64,000 nt of DNA from Myxococcota bacterium (GCA_963674735.2 CAXXQS010000002.1:192001-256000); one strand, 5' to 3'. Counted from the stretch's first letter, positions 20,778 to 31,045 are shown. Program-made: numbers and translations. Notes: generated by a model from the letters alone, not told the origin.

Positions 20778-21592
20778 TATTACTCGTATTTTGCCGAAAA
20801 CCCGATTTACGGACAAGGTCTGCAAGCGGACCGATATACGCTTGATGCGCTCGATACGCCGTTTGCGCCAGAGCATTTATCCCTTCCTTGAAATCACTGG
20901 GTTTTTCGTCCGCTTGTCCGGGGTAAAATAAGCTTTCCGATCTTCGCGCTAGGATTGCCGTAATACGTCACACCTGCGAGAGCGTCCGGAGGGTGAGGAC
21001 CGCGCAGAAAGAAGCCAGCGTGCTGATCCAACGAACGGAGCACGGATAATAACACATGTAATATCAGATAGATATCGAGGTACGAAACGGAAAAACCGAA
21101 AAGTCGTATTGAATGATCTTTAAGTATTATGGTATTAGTATGCAGCAAAAAATAATATTGCAACTATAGTATATTGAATATATATACTAAGCCAGACTAA
21201 GTGGCCTATTTAACTGCATGAAATAACTGGATAAATTCGATATTCGGACAAATAAGCTCCACCTGACCCCGCAAACCGGACACTCAAACACATAAAATAT
21301 CAGTAATATTCGTTGGCTAGGCAGGTTCCTCACAGGCTGCGCCTTCGGTATTCGGGGTGAAAACCCGCGCGGGAGGGGATGGAAGAAAAGATTCGAAACG
21401 GAGATTTTTGACAAATTAGTAAGTATCGATGATCGCGCACTTAACATATAACAAATAGATATGAGGCAAAAATAATCTTGACAGGAATATTTCCGGGGTG
21501 TAGAAATGCGGGTAGAAATGACATTAATAAGCATGCATATAGCCAAAAATCACCGAAAAGCGGTTTTTCGGTGTTATCCCAAGGAGGTGTCG

Positions 21593-22486
21593 ATGAGACA
21601 AATGAAATCTCTGTGGTTGGGAATTCTTGTGCTTATGTTTTTGCTGGGATCCGCCCATGCGGATGTCAAATGGCATTCCTCGGCTGTGGGAATGCCGTAT
21701 TTTCTAAGCTACGACTATTTGATGATCACGTACCAAGGGAGGCTGGAAAACAACGATAGCGACTGGCAATCCTACATGACGTTCCCCATCGTCTCGGATT
21801 GGTGGGCAGGTTTGCCGACGGACAACATGCCGGCCGTGCACGCGCGTAACGATTCCGCCACGAACTATACCTGCGGCTATTACGCGGTCAACGACACCGG
21901 TACGACCACCTATGTAAATCGCTCGTTGACGCAATCGGCCAATTATGTCCAAAACACCTGGACGAGTGTGCCGACCACGACCAGCGCCCGCCGTTTCGTA
22001 ACGTGCGGTATTGCGGCTGAGGACACCACTCGTTCCGGCGTGGCCGGATTGCGGATTTACGAAGGCGGGACGGACCACTACAACGACAAGAAAAGCTACA
22101 TCGGCAGCATGTGCCGGTCTCCACAACAGGAATCGTACATGTATGTGGAGGATCAGCACATCTACAACCTGGACACCAGTAGCAACGGCGTCTTCTGTCC
22201 CATCATCTCCGATAACGCCGGAGATCTGGATGTGAAACTCTACGTCATCGATGAAAACAGCAGCACCAACTTCTCCTGCCAGGTCCGGGATTTCCATCCC
22301 ACCAGTGGTTCCTATTACTACGCCTATGCTGAAAGCACCAACGCCACTTTAGGGCATCAGGTAGTCGACTTCAATACGATCGCGAATCACTATACCAATG
22401 GTTACCGCGGAATCTACTGTTCCATGCCGGCGGGGAACAATGATCTCTCGGCCATTATGGGTTACTACGTCGACGAACAAGACTGA
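21593..22486 (+). CDS. Secreted protein with two tandem copies of an uncharacterised Cys-patterned domain
   Basis: AAGGAGG RBS; signal peptide ending AHA; internal duplication (FPIVSD vs CPIISD; ...RIYE vs ...YVDE). Confidence 0.75.
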   Translation: MRQMKSLWLGILVLMFLLGSAHADVKWHSSAVGMPYFLSYDYLMITYQGRLENNDSDWQSYMTFPIVSDWWAGLPTDNMPAVHARNDSATNYTCGYYAVNDTGTTTYVNRSLTQSANYVQNTWTSVPTTTSARRFVTCGIAAEDTTRSGVAGLRIYEGGTDHYNDKKSYIGSMCRSPQQESYMYVEDQHIYNLDTSSNGVFCPIISDNAGDLDVKLYVIDENSSTNFSCQVRDFHPTSGSYYYAYAESTNATLGHQVVDFNTIANHYTNGYRGIYCSMPAGNNDLSAIMGYYVDEQD

Positions 22487-22524
22487 CGAATATCGGTTTG
22501 CGAAATCACCGAAAGGAGAGATAC

Positions 22525-23022
22525 ATGCCGACTAAACAGATCGTTTCTGCGGTGCTGGTGGCCGTGCTGGTGGCCGTTGTAAGCGTCGCGCTGGCTGCGG
22601 ATACCAAGATTTATCCCGGCAGCATGTGTGTGTTTGATGGCAGTTACCTGGACGAAGATTACTGGATCGATTCGGATCTGGGACGTGCGAATGGTACATT
22701 CTACAACGAAACGGGATACAGAAAGAACGTTGTGTGTCCGATGGTGGCCGACGAACGCGCCTTCCAATCGGCTTATGTGGTGGTCAACAATCCGGCCAAC
22801 ACCACCCTTAGTTGCACCTTGGTGATTCGCGGTCTGGCGATTCCCGCCAATTACTGGTCGGATTCCGTCTCGACGAACACCAGCGGCATTCAAAGCCTGA
22901 CCTTCGATGTGTCCGACGATCCGACGTTGAATAAAGCGTCCCACTTCATTCAGTGCTCGGTGCCTCCGGGCGGACGAATCATCCGTTACATGGCCTATGA
23001 AGATGAGGGAGATCTGCGATGA
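22525..23022 (+). CDS. Secreted single-domain paralog of the upstream protein
   Basis: AAGGAGAG RBS; signal peptide; K.Y.GSMC...YN...V.CP...D...SC...I.CS.P pattern shared with the upstream gene. Confidence 0.75.
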   Translation: MPTKQIVSAVLVAVLVAVVSVALAADTKIYPGSMCVFDGSYLDEDYWIDSDLGRANGTFYNETGYRKNVVCPMVADERAFQSAYVVVNNPANTTLSCTLVIRGLAIPANYWSDSVSTNTSGIQSLTFDVSDDPTLNKASHFIQCSVPPGGRIIRYMAYEDEGDLR

Positions 23023-23696
23023 GAAAAGCGCTGCTCTGGCTGGGAATCCTCGGCTTGCTATTTGGGATCGGCTGGACAGCGCATCGGTTCGGGGGAGGCT
23101 CTTCGGAGCCTTCCCCTTCCGTTTCGAACGCTGAAAAAGCGCCGACCGATAATGCCTTAGAAAATCTCTACCAAGCACGGCTGGCGGCGCTTCAGTCGGA
23201 AAACCGGCGTTTGCGCACACAACTGGCGGCGTTGCAGACGTCGCCGATGGCCGCCGCTCCGGCGGTTGAAGAGGTTCCGTCCGTCAAGCCGCTGGTTGAG
23301 AAGAAAACGGAGTTGTCGTTCGAGGAAGAATATCGGCAAACCATCGAAATGGAAGCGCGCATCGCCGAACGGTTCAACGACTTGTTGGCGACTGAACCCT
23401 ATGACGAAGAGTGGGCGGCGGAAACGGAGACGCAGGTCAAACAAACGGTAAACGAGATCGCCATGGTGGGTGCGCAACTGATGGACACGGCTTGTCGCAC
23501 GACTTTCTGCCGAGCGGTTCTGGCCTTCGACAGTGAGGAAAACAAAGACACGTTTCTGGCCAAGGCCACACTCAAAGCCCCATTCAATACGGTGGGTTGG
23601 ATACACAGTGAGGGGCTGGAAGATCAGGAGATCGAGCTGTTCTTTTCCCGCAAGGGGAATAACCTCCCGGATGTGGGGGATGTGGACCGCGACTAG
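23019..23696 (+). CDS. Membrane-anchored hypothetical protein (coiled coil; EPYDEEWA...CRTTFC motif)
   Basis: ATGA overlap with the upstream gene; N-terminal TM helix. Confidence 0.75.
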   Translation: MRKALLWLGILGLLFGIGWTAHRFGGGSSEPSPSVSNAEKAPTDNALENLYQARLAALQSENRRLRTQLAALQTSPMAAAPAVEEVPSVKPLVEKKTELSFEEEYRQTIEMEARIAERFNDLLATEPYDEEWAAETETQVKQTVNEIAMVGAQLMDTACRTTFCRAVLAFDSEENKDTFLAKATLKAPFNTVGWIHSEGLEDQEIELFFSRKGNNLPDVGDVDRD

Positions 23697-24065
23697 ATCA
23701 CGACATGGGTAGGCTCTGAAAAAACCATGCAGCAGTGTGGCGTTGCTAAAGGTGTTCGCATCACATTGAGGGGATAAGTCCTTGAATTAAGGGCGTATTG
23801 CCGATCCCTGAATCGTGTTGACGCCTTGAGGTTCCAGCCAATCAAACACGGGTGGAACGGGTGAACGGTCGGTTCCGCTGGATGAAAAAGCCTTCCGCAC
23901 GGTCTCTCGGGTGGCCGCAATTGCCGAAAATCCGTCTCGCAACTCGCTTGGATGGGAGGGGGCGAGCATGCATGCGTCTGTGTGCCGCTTCGCGATCGTT
24001 TCCCTGCTTATTGGAAAACGGGAAATCGGTTTGCGCCCAACGACGCCTCGATCCGCATTTTCATG

Positions 24066-24094
24066 TTGACAGGAGGGGTGCAATCGGCCATATT
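24066..24094 (+). promoter_or_regulatory. Putative sigma70 promoter of the short rho gene
   Basis: TTGACA-N17-CATATT. Confidence 0.6.
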
Positions 24095-24186
24095 TGGCCC
24101 GGGCAATCACCGCCGGACGCGTTTCAGCGAGGGGTCGGTCTTCCACATCATCCCCATAAGCGGAACCCTTTACGAAAAGGACACCT

Positions 24187-25128
24187 ATGGCACGTGTTGA
24201 CACGGGCAGGCGAAAATATCGCAACTACTCATCTCCGGCGGCCGGCAACCGCCAACGCAAATCGAACGACGACTTGGCATTCGAGCGTTTGACCACACTG
24301 CACCCTTATAAACGGCTGCGCCTGGAACACGGCGACGATCTTTCCTGCCGTATCATCGACCTGATCACCCCGATCGGCAAGGGACAACGCGGCCTGATCG
24401 TCTCGCCGCCGCGGGCGGGTAAAACCACCACGTTGCAAAGCATCGCGCGCGGCATCATCGCCAACGATCCGGAAGCCGAGGTTCTGATTCTGCTCGTCAA
24501 CGAGCGCCCCGAGGAAGTCACCGATATCCGCCGCAGCGGCGTCGGCAAGGTCGTCTATTCCTCCTTCGATCGTTCGGACGCACACCACATCGAAGTGGCC
24601 GAAAAGCTTTTAACCGACGCCAAGAAAATGGTGCTGGAAGGCAAGGACGTCGTGATCCTGTTGGATTCCATCACGCGTCTGGCCCGGGCCTACAACAGCG
24701 TGGTGCCGTCATCGGGAAAACTGCTGTCCGGCGGCATGGACGCACGCGGCATGTTCATGCCCAAGAAATTCTTCGGAGCGGGGCGGGCCATTGAAAACGG
24801 CGGCTCCCTCACCATCATCGGCACGGTGCTGATCGAAACCGGTTCCCGCATGGACGACGTGATTTTCGAGGAATTCAAGGGCACCGGCAACATGGAACTG
24901 TACCTAGATCGCCGATTGATGGACAAGCGGGTGTTTCCCTGCATCGACGTCACGCAATCGGGCACGCGAAAAGAAGAGCTGCTGCTCAACGAACAGGAGT
25001 TGGCCGCCTCGCAGATCTTGCGTCGCCGACTTTTCTCCGTGGATGCCATCACCGCCATGGAAACCCTGCTGGGCCGGATGCAGCAAAGCGAAACGAATGC
25101 CGAGTTTATCGCCTCCCTGCTGTCGTAG
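24187..25128 (+). CDS. rho: Transcription termination factor Rho, short form lacking the N-terminal RNA-binding domain
   Basis: PIGKGQRGLIVSPPRAGKT, NERPEEVTD, LLDSITRLARAYN, SGKLLSGG, EEFKGTGNMEL, SGTRKEELL; only about 30 aa precede FERLT. Confidence 0.9.
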   Translation: MARVDTGRRKYRNYSSPAAGNRQRKSNDDLAFERLTTLHPYKRLRLEHGDDLSCRIIDLITPIGKGQRGLIVSPPRAGKTTTLQSIARGIIANDPEAEVLILLVNERPEEVTDIRRSGVGKVVYSSFDRSDAHHIEVAEKLLTDAKKMVLEGKDVVILLDSITRLARAYNSVVPSSGKLLSGGMDARGMFMPKKFFGAGRAIENGGSLTIIGTVLIETGSRMDDVIFEEFKGTGNMELYLDRRLMDKRVFPCIDVTQSGTRKEELLLNEQELAASQILRRRLFSVDAITAMETLLGRMQQSETNAEFIASLLS

Positions 25129-25313
25129 GCGGTTTCGTCAAACGGACCCGTGTCGTCGGCCCGTCATCCGCAACAACACATGTAAACTCCCCTTCGTCGC
25201 TCCCCAGGCCGCTACGTTTGTGGCAGCGGTCTACGCGAGCGAACCGGACTTTTCCTTGTGGAGGATCCCGCTGACACTCCACAGGCAGGCGGCCTTCGGG
25301 CGAATGGAGAAGC

Positions 25314-26903
25314 ATGGAAAAGATCGATAATCTGATTGTCCCTTTGCAGCAGGATGGGGCCTTGCGGCACCTCGTCGCCCAACGGCTGGGCTGGCCGGAC
25401 GAACGCGTCGGCACGCTGCGTTTTTTGCGTCGCAGCATCGATGCCCGGCACAAACACAACATCCGGCTGGTCTATCGTCTGGAGGTGTTCGCCACTGACG
25501 AATTGCCACCGGACGCACCGAACCGCGAGCGCTACGCCCGGGAAATCGCCTCGTATGAACGGGCGCGCGGACGGGTGATCGTCATCGGAGCGGGACCGGC
25601 GGGTTTGTTCGCCGCCCTCGAATTTCGCCGCCGCGGCTGGGAGGTCGACCTGGTGGAGCGTGGCTCGGCGCTGCCGAAACGACACCGGGCCACGGGCGCA
25701 TATTTCCGCCGGGGCGAGCTGAACCCGGACGACAACATCTGTTTCGGCCTGGGCGGAGCGGGGCTGTACTCGGACGGCAAGCTGACCACGCGCATCAAAC
25801 ATGCGGAAGTCGGCGAGGTACTCGAAGCGTTGGTGGCCTTCGGCGCTCCGCAGGAAATTCTGTGGGCCTACAACCCGCATGTGGGTTCCAACCGCATTCG
25901 GCAGGTCATCCGCACGATGGCGCAGGCGCTGGCGGAGTGGGGCGTGCGCTTTCACTTCAACACGCGCGCAACCGATCTGCTGCTCGAAAACGCCCGCGTT
26001 CGCGGCATCCGCGCGTTGCATCTGAATGAATCGGGGCGTGAAGAATCGTTACGGGCGGACGCGGTGATGGTGGCCTGCGGGCACGGCGCGTCGGATACCT
26101 ATCGTTGGCTCAAACGTTGCGGCGCGGCGATGGAAGCCAAACCTTTCGCCGTCGGCCTGCGCGTGCAGCATCCACGCACGTTTATCGATCACTCACAATT
26201 CGGAGATTTCGCCGGGCATCCGGCTCTGGAAAGCGCCAGCTACCGCCTGACCTGCCATCTCAAGGAGCTGGAACGCGGCGTGTATACCTTTTGCATGTGC
26301 CCGGGCGGCTACATTCTGCCCGCCGCCACCGAGGCAGGAACACTGGTCGTCAACGGCATGAGCAACTACGCGCGCGGTTCGAGCTGGTCCAACTCGGCGA
26401 TCGTCGTGACCGTCGATCCCCGCGATTGGGGGACGGACGGCTTCGCCCCGCTTGCCTTCCGGCACGAGATGGAGCGGCGCGCCTACCAACTGGTGCGGGA
26501 CGCGGGCGGAACGCGCGAAGCCCCCGCCCAGACGCTGTGCAGCTATCGCGGCAAAGGTGAAACAACCTGGCCGACACGCAGCAGTTGCCTCTCGGGTGCG
26601 ATCCGGGCGGACATCCGCTCGGTATTTCCCAAACACATCAGCGAGGCGCTGGACGCCGGACTGGAACGTTTCGACCGCCAACTACGCGGGTTTTCCAGCC
26701 ATGCCGAGGCCTTGCTGTTCGCCGTGGAATCGCGCACTTCCGCTCCCTTGCGCGTGCTGCGCGACCCGCAGAGCTTCGAGTCGCCGAGCCTGCCGGGTCT
26801 GCTTCCGGTGGGTGAGGGCGCAGGCTATGCGGGCGGCATCACCAGCGCCGCCGTGGACGGTCTGCGCGCCGCCCGTGCCCAGGCCCTGAAAGCCGAAGGC
26901 TGA
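25314..26903 (+). CDS. Uncharacterised FAD-dependent oxidoreductase (COG2509-like)
   Basis: IGAGPAGLFAA, FGLGGAGLYSDGKL, FCMCPGG, VNGMS, GEGAGYAGGITSAAVDG. Confidence 0.85.
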   Translation: MEKIDNLIVPLQQDGALRHLVAQRLGWPDERVGTLRFLRRSIDARHKHNIRLVYRLEVFATDELPPDAPNRERYAREIASYERARGRVIVIGAGPAGLFAALEFRRRGWEVDLVERGSALPKRHRATGAYFRRGELNPDDNICFGLGGAGLYSDGKLTTRIKHAEVGEVLEALVAFGAPQEILWAYNPHVGSNRIRQVIRTMAQALAEWGVRFHFNTRATDLLLENARVRGIRALHLNESGREESLRADAVMVACGHGASDTYRWLKRCGAAMEAKPFAVGLRVQHPRTFIDHSQFGDFAGHPALESASYRLTCHLKELERGVYTFCMCPGGYILPAATEAGTLVVNGMSNYARGSSWSNSAIVVTVDPRDWGTDGFAPLAFRHEMERRAYQLVRDAGGTREAPAQTLCSYRGKGETTWPTRSSCLSGAIRADIRSVFPKHISEALDAGLERFDRQLRGFSSHAEALLFAVESRTSAPLRVLRDPQSFESPSLPGLLPVGEGAGYAGGITSAAVDGLRAARAQALKAEG

Positions 26904-26997
26904 AGGGGCTAACCCTTACCGAAACAGCCCCAACGGCCAAAGGTCGTCTGGAATCCGTCGGAGACGCCGACACGAGATAACGGGAAATGGTGTGTTT

Positions 26998-28353
26998 TCA
27001 CACAATCGTCTTGCTGGTAAACCCGTTTTCGCTATCGTACAGCATCACCTCGGCGCCCTTGAAGTTTTCCGGATCGTCGGGTTCGGGTGATTTCAAGAAC
27101 GACCCGGTATTCGCATATTCAACCTGGTAATCATTGAAATCGAGCTGAGCATTTTTTTCTGTTTGGTAAGGAACCGGATCGTGCGTATGTCCGTAAATCA
27201 GCCGAGTCGGAAACATAACGTCGGGTGCATTCTTCAGCTTGGGTTTGATCTCACGAATCTCGCCGAGACAGGCATGAAGGTAGTAAATCACATTCGCCTT
27301 GGTTTCTTCATTGAGAAGATACGCCTCATCGCCGCGAGCGGAGCGATAGTCCCTCACCTTATCCAACACTTTTTTCTTCAGCAAGCCGATTCCCGTATCG
27401 GATAGTCCTTCCCACCAGAACGATTCAACCAACGGATCGAGCAATTCACGATCGATTCGCTCCAGATAACCCTTGAAACTTTTGATGCCTTCATCATATG
27501 ACAGACCGGCTTTTTCATATGTCGCGATATCTTTGGCCAATCGTTGGATGTCGCGAATGCCCGCCGTCAGCGGACCGGCCATGCCAAATCCGCTGCAAAG
27601 CAACTGGTTGACGGGAAAATTCATGGCGACGAAATCGGAGATGGCCGGGATGTAGGTCTTCATATCGACCATCGTTCCCCGTTTAAGTTTGATGTCGCTG
27701 ACTGTCGGACCGAGAACATCGATTCCACACGCGCCCAGATAACTCCAGGCTTTATCGAAATAATGGCCGTGAGTCAAAAGTGCGCAGTTTCCCGCGCGGT
27801 CGATGATGTACAGGTTGGGATAGGCGACGTTGAAAGGGATCTTTCCGTCGGTCAGGCCGTCGAGAAACAGTCCGCCGTAATCAGCGCCGTCCGGTTTTTG
27901 ACGAGCCGTTACCCCCACCAAGTCGAGCCGGCCCTCGCCGTGCCGATCGTCGATGACACCCGGAACTGTCCAGCGAAAGGAGCGGGGAAGCTTGGGCTTA
28001 CCATCATCTCCGCGCAGTCGCCGGATTACATTCACTTCGTGCTCCACCGTATGCCAGATGCCGAAATCGTGGTTCCCGGGCAGGTAGATGATTTGCTTTA
28101 CGCGGTTTTCTTCAGGAACAGCCACCATGGCCTTGAAAAATACCGAAGCCGCTTCGTAGGCCTCTTTATACGACACGATGGAAAAATCGAGAATATCCCC
28201 CATCAAGACAAGGTAATCGCAACCGGCCACTTTCTTCAGCAACTCGTCACAGCGTGCCGACGTTTTCCATGTCTCGCCATGCCGATCCAAAAGCGCGCAC
28301 TTCGGATCGCCGAAATGCGTATCGGAAATGGCCGCCAGTTTCAATCCGCTCAT
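26998..28353 (-). CDS. Calcineurin-like metallophosphoesterase
   Basis: SDTHFG, MGDILD, PGNHD, THGH, YGHTH, NTGS. Confidence 0.85.
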   Translation of the reverse strand: MSGLKLAAISDTHFGDPKCALLDRHGETWKTSARCDELLKKVAGCDYLVLMGDILDFSIVSYKEAYEAASVFFKAMVAVPEENRVKQIIYLPGNHDFGIWHTVEHEVNVIRRLRGDDGKPKLPRSFRWTVPGVIDDRHGEGRLDLVGVTARQKPDGADYGGLFLDGLTDGKIPFNVAYPNLYIIDRAGNCALLTHGHYFDKAWSYLGACGIDVLGPTVSDIKLKRGTMVDMKTYIPAISDFVAMNFPVNQLLCSGFGMAGPLTAGIRDIQRLAKDIATYEKAGLSYDEGIKSFKGYLERIDRELLDPLVESFWWEGLSDTGIGLLKKKVLDKVRDYRSARGDEAYLLNEETKANVIYYLHACLGEIREIKPKLKNAPDVMFPTRLIYGHTHDPVPYQTEKNAQLDFNDYQVEYANTGSFLKSPEPDDPENFKGAEVMLYDSENGFTSKTIV

Positions 28354-28531
28354 GACCCACCTCCTGCCTATTTATCTGTGCGTTTGTGACTATAACATCA
28401 TAAGCCACAAGCTCGGCAAGTCAAGCATTAAGATGAATACACATATAGGATAGCGGGCGACTGTGCCGCAGGCGGAGGCTTACGCCCAAATTTCCGGGAT
28501 GAGGGCGCGCGTCAATGCCCTTCGGTGCAGC

Positions 28532-29323
28532 TTAGTCACCGGCTTCGCCCACCAGTTCGATCATCAATTCCAGGCCTTCGATCAGGCGCGGACCGGGGAA
28601 ATTGAACAGGCTTTCAGGGAGGATATGGACGTTTTTGCGTTTGATGGCGGTGACATCCTGCCAGTCTTTGCGCCCCAGAATATCATCGGGGTCGATCTCG
28701 CTCGGGTCGTCGCCCGCCCCCAGCCAGCAGATGAAAATCACTTCCGGGTCGCGCTCGACGATCACCTCTTCGTCGGCGATGAAGGTCGGGTTGGGGATGT
28801 TGGAAAACACGTTGACCGCCCCGGCCTTCTTCAGGATATCGCTGATCCAGTTTTCGGCCCCGGGGGTGACGAAGGGATTGGGGAACAATTCGAAATAGGC
28901 GCGCAGGGGCGCATCGCCGGGATGCACGCGGGCGCACAGGCGCTTGATGCGCTGATTCAGACCGTCCACCAGCTCGCGCGCTTTGTCTTCACACTCGCAG
29001 GCGACGCCGATGGTGAAGATATCCGAGAGCAGGTCGTCGAAACGCTCGGTTTGCAGTTCCAGAAGCGGCAATTCCTCTTCGCGCATCAGGTCGCGCACGG
29101 CATCGGCGCCGGGGACGGTGTTGGTGAAGATCACCAGATCCGGTTTGAGATCACGCAGGGTGTACACATTGATGTTGTCCACCGGTCCCAGATCCTGGGC
29201 GTGATGACAGAAACCCAGTTGGACACTGAGGGTATCGGCCCCCACCACGCAATCGGCCAAACCCAGATGGGCCAGAATTTCGGTGGTGGACGGCGTACAG
29301 GAGACGATGCGGGCGATGCTCAT
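28532..29323 (-). CDS. BtuF-like cobalamin/Fe-siderophore-type binding protein without a signal peptide
   Basis: RIVS..PSTTEIL..LG, LKPDLV, AGAVNVF, DPEVI, PGPRL.EG. Confidence 0.8.
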   Translation of the reverse strand: MSIARIVSCTPSTTEILAHLGLADCVVGADTLSVQLGFCHHAQDLGPVDNINVYTLRDLKPDLVIFTNTVPGADAVRDLMREEELPLLELQTERFDDLLSDIFTIGVACECEDKARELVDGLNQRIKRLCARVHPGDAPLRAYFELFPNPFVTPGAENWISDILKKAGAVNVFSNIPNPTFIADEEVIVERDPEVIFICWLGAGDDPSEIDPDDILGRKDWQDVTAIKRKNVHILPESLFNFPGPRLIEGLELMIELVGEAGD

Positions 29324-29410
29324 GGGTTGATCCTTCCGGCGAATCCGCCGTCATTTGCCGCGACCATAACAGAGGCCGGGAACGGCTGTCAACGATTCCG
29401 CGCAGGCGGA

Positions 29411-30169
29411 TCAGAAGGACACCCGGCCCTGCATAACAAACACACCGATATCCAGGGCCACCGCACTGACGGCGTGCAGGATCCAGCCGTATAACATGCT
29501 GCGTGTCCGTAACGCCAAGGCTCCCAAAATCAACCCGGCGGCCACCGATGCCAGGGTTTCCGGAAGTGGTTTGCCGATGTGCAACAAGGCGAAAGGCACC
29601 ATCTGGATCAGGATGGCCCAGTTTTTCAGCGTCGGATAAAGGGCGAAGAGCAGAAAACCCCGGTACACGAATTCCCAGGCGAAGAAATAGGCGATATACG
29701 CGGCTTCGTACACCAGAAAGAGCGTGAGGCTGTTGAGGGCGGCTTTGTTGAGCGGATAATGCGCGCGAAAGGCTTCCGTCTGCAAGATGACGACGATCAC
29801 CGGCAGCATGACACCGACGAACAAGGCGAGTATTTTCAGTCCCTTGCGCCAATCCCCCAGCCCCAGCCCGAAGTCGCGAAAGCGGCGGCGGAAGACGAGC
29901 AGCATTCCCAGCGGCAGCACGGCGTAAAAGAAAAACGACGACCCGAACCAGTAGAGGTGTCGGCTCAAGCCGTGCCAATCACCGGCCTCCCGGCCGATCC
30001 AGTTGAGATGGTGTTTGTAGTAACCCGGCTGGCCGTATTGCTCGGCGAAAATGATCAGAACCGTTACCAGCAGCAAGGCGAATACGGGAAAGAAGGTGAG
30101 TCCGCTCGTGTAGTCGCGCCACCAATCCACTATCCCCCGCCAGATCATCCGCATCGCACACCCCTTCAC
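29411..30169 (-). CDS. CPBP (CAAX protease type II) family intramembrane metalloprotease
   Basis: WEFVYRG, FALLH, LH motifs; multiple TM helices. Confidence 0.8.
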   Translation of the reverse strand: MKGCAMRMIWRGIVDWWRDYTSGLTFFPVFALLLVTVLIIFAEQYGQPGYYKHHLNWIGREAGDWHGLSRHLYWFGSSFFFYAVLPLGMLLVFRRRFRDFGLGLGDWRKGLKILALFVGVMLPVIVVILQTEAFRAHYPLNKAALNSLTLFLVYEAAYIAYFFAWEFVYRGFLLFALYPTLKNWAILIQMVPFALLHIGKPLPETLASVAAGLILGALALRTRSMLYGWILHAVSAVALDIGVFVMQGRVSF

Positions 30170-30281
30170 GATGGATACTCATTTATTCCGTTACGTAGGC
30201 TATCATAACCGCTTTTCACGGCAACGCAACCGTAGGGCGTTTCAATTCTGATTGAGTCTCGAATTATCTTCGATTGGTGAT

Positions 30282-30357
30282 GGGTGGCACGGGCTAAACC
30301 GTCAGGTTTGCCCGTGAAAACAGCATGGGCAAGCCAAAGGCTTGGCCCATGGCACCC
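30282..30357. repeat. REP-like inverted doublet of two hairpins
   Basis: GGGTGG-CACGGGCTAAACC-GTCA-GGTTTGCCCGTG followed by an inverted cognate CATGGGCAAGCC-AAA-GGCTTGGCCCATG-GCACCC. Confidence 0.6.
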
Positions 30358-30499
30358 CGTAAGCCGAATTATAGTGGGTGGAAAATGGTGAAAAGCTTAG
30401 AATTGAAACGCCGTGAACGCAACCGGCAATCGCTTGCAGCCGTTGCGCTTTTCTGCTACGAACAATCCCAGCCTCGTTTGTCGAGGAGCGGGAGATTGC

Positions 30500-31045
30500 A
30501 TGGGATGGATCGAACTCATTTTGCTGGCCCTGGCTTTGGCCGCCGATGCCTTTTCGGTGGGCGTGGTGGTGGGACTGAGCCACCAGACGCCGCGTCAGCG
30601 TTTCCGCCTCTCTTGGCACTTCGGACTCTTCCAGGCCCTGTTGCCGCTTGCGGGCGCACTCCTCGGACACCTGCTGGCCGATGTAATCGGACACTGGGAC
30701 CGCGTCATCGCCTGCATCATCCTGGTTCTGATCGGGTCCAAGATGATCCGCGATGCCTGGTGCGGACACGACGACGACGAAACCTGCCACGATCCCACCC
30801 GCGGGCTGAGCCTCATCGGCCTGTCGTTGGCGGTTAGCATCGACGCCTTCGGGGCGGGCATCACCCTGATTACCAGCCGCATTCCGCTCTGGGAAGCGGT
30901 GCTGCTCATCGGCTTTACCGCCGGAATCGCGACGCTGGTCGCCATGCAGGCAGCGGCGCGTCTCTCGCGCATCCTGGGGGGCAAAGCGGAACTGCTCGGG
31001 GGCTGCGTCCTGATCGGCATCGGCCTTAACCTGCTACTCGGCTAA
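30500..31045 (+). CDS. mntP: Manganese efflux pump MntP
   Basis: LALAADAFSVG, FGLFQALLP..G, LAVSIDAFGAG, AELLGG.VLI.IG; start taken at ATG 30500 after GGGAG. Confidence 0.9.
   Translation: MGWIELILLALALAADAFSVGVVVGLSHQTPRQRFRLSWHFGLFQALLPLAGALLGHLLADVIGHWDRVIACIILVLIGSKMIRDAWCGHDDDETCHDPTRGLSLIGLSLAVSIDAFGAGITLITSRIPLWEAVLLIGFTAGIATLVAMQAAARLSRILGGKAELLGGCVLIGIGLNLLLG

Noticed and set aside
30170-30499. yybP-ykoY (Mn) riboswitch upstream of mntP
   Set aside because: No GGGGAGUAG-type core seen; the hairpins look like a REP doublet
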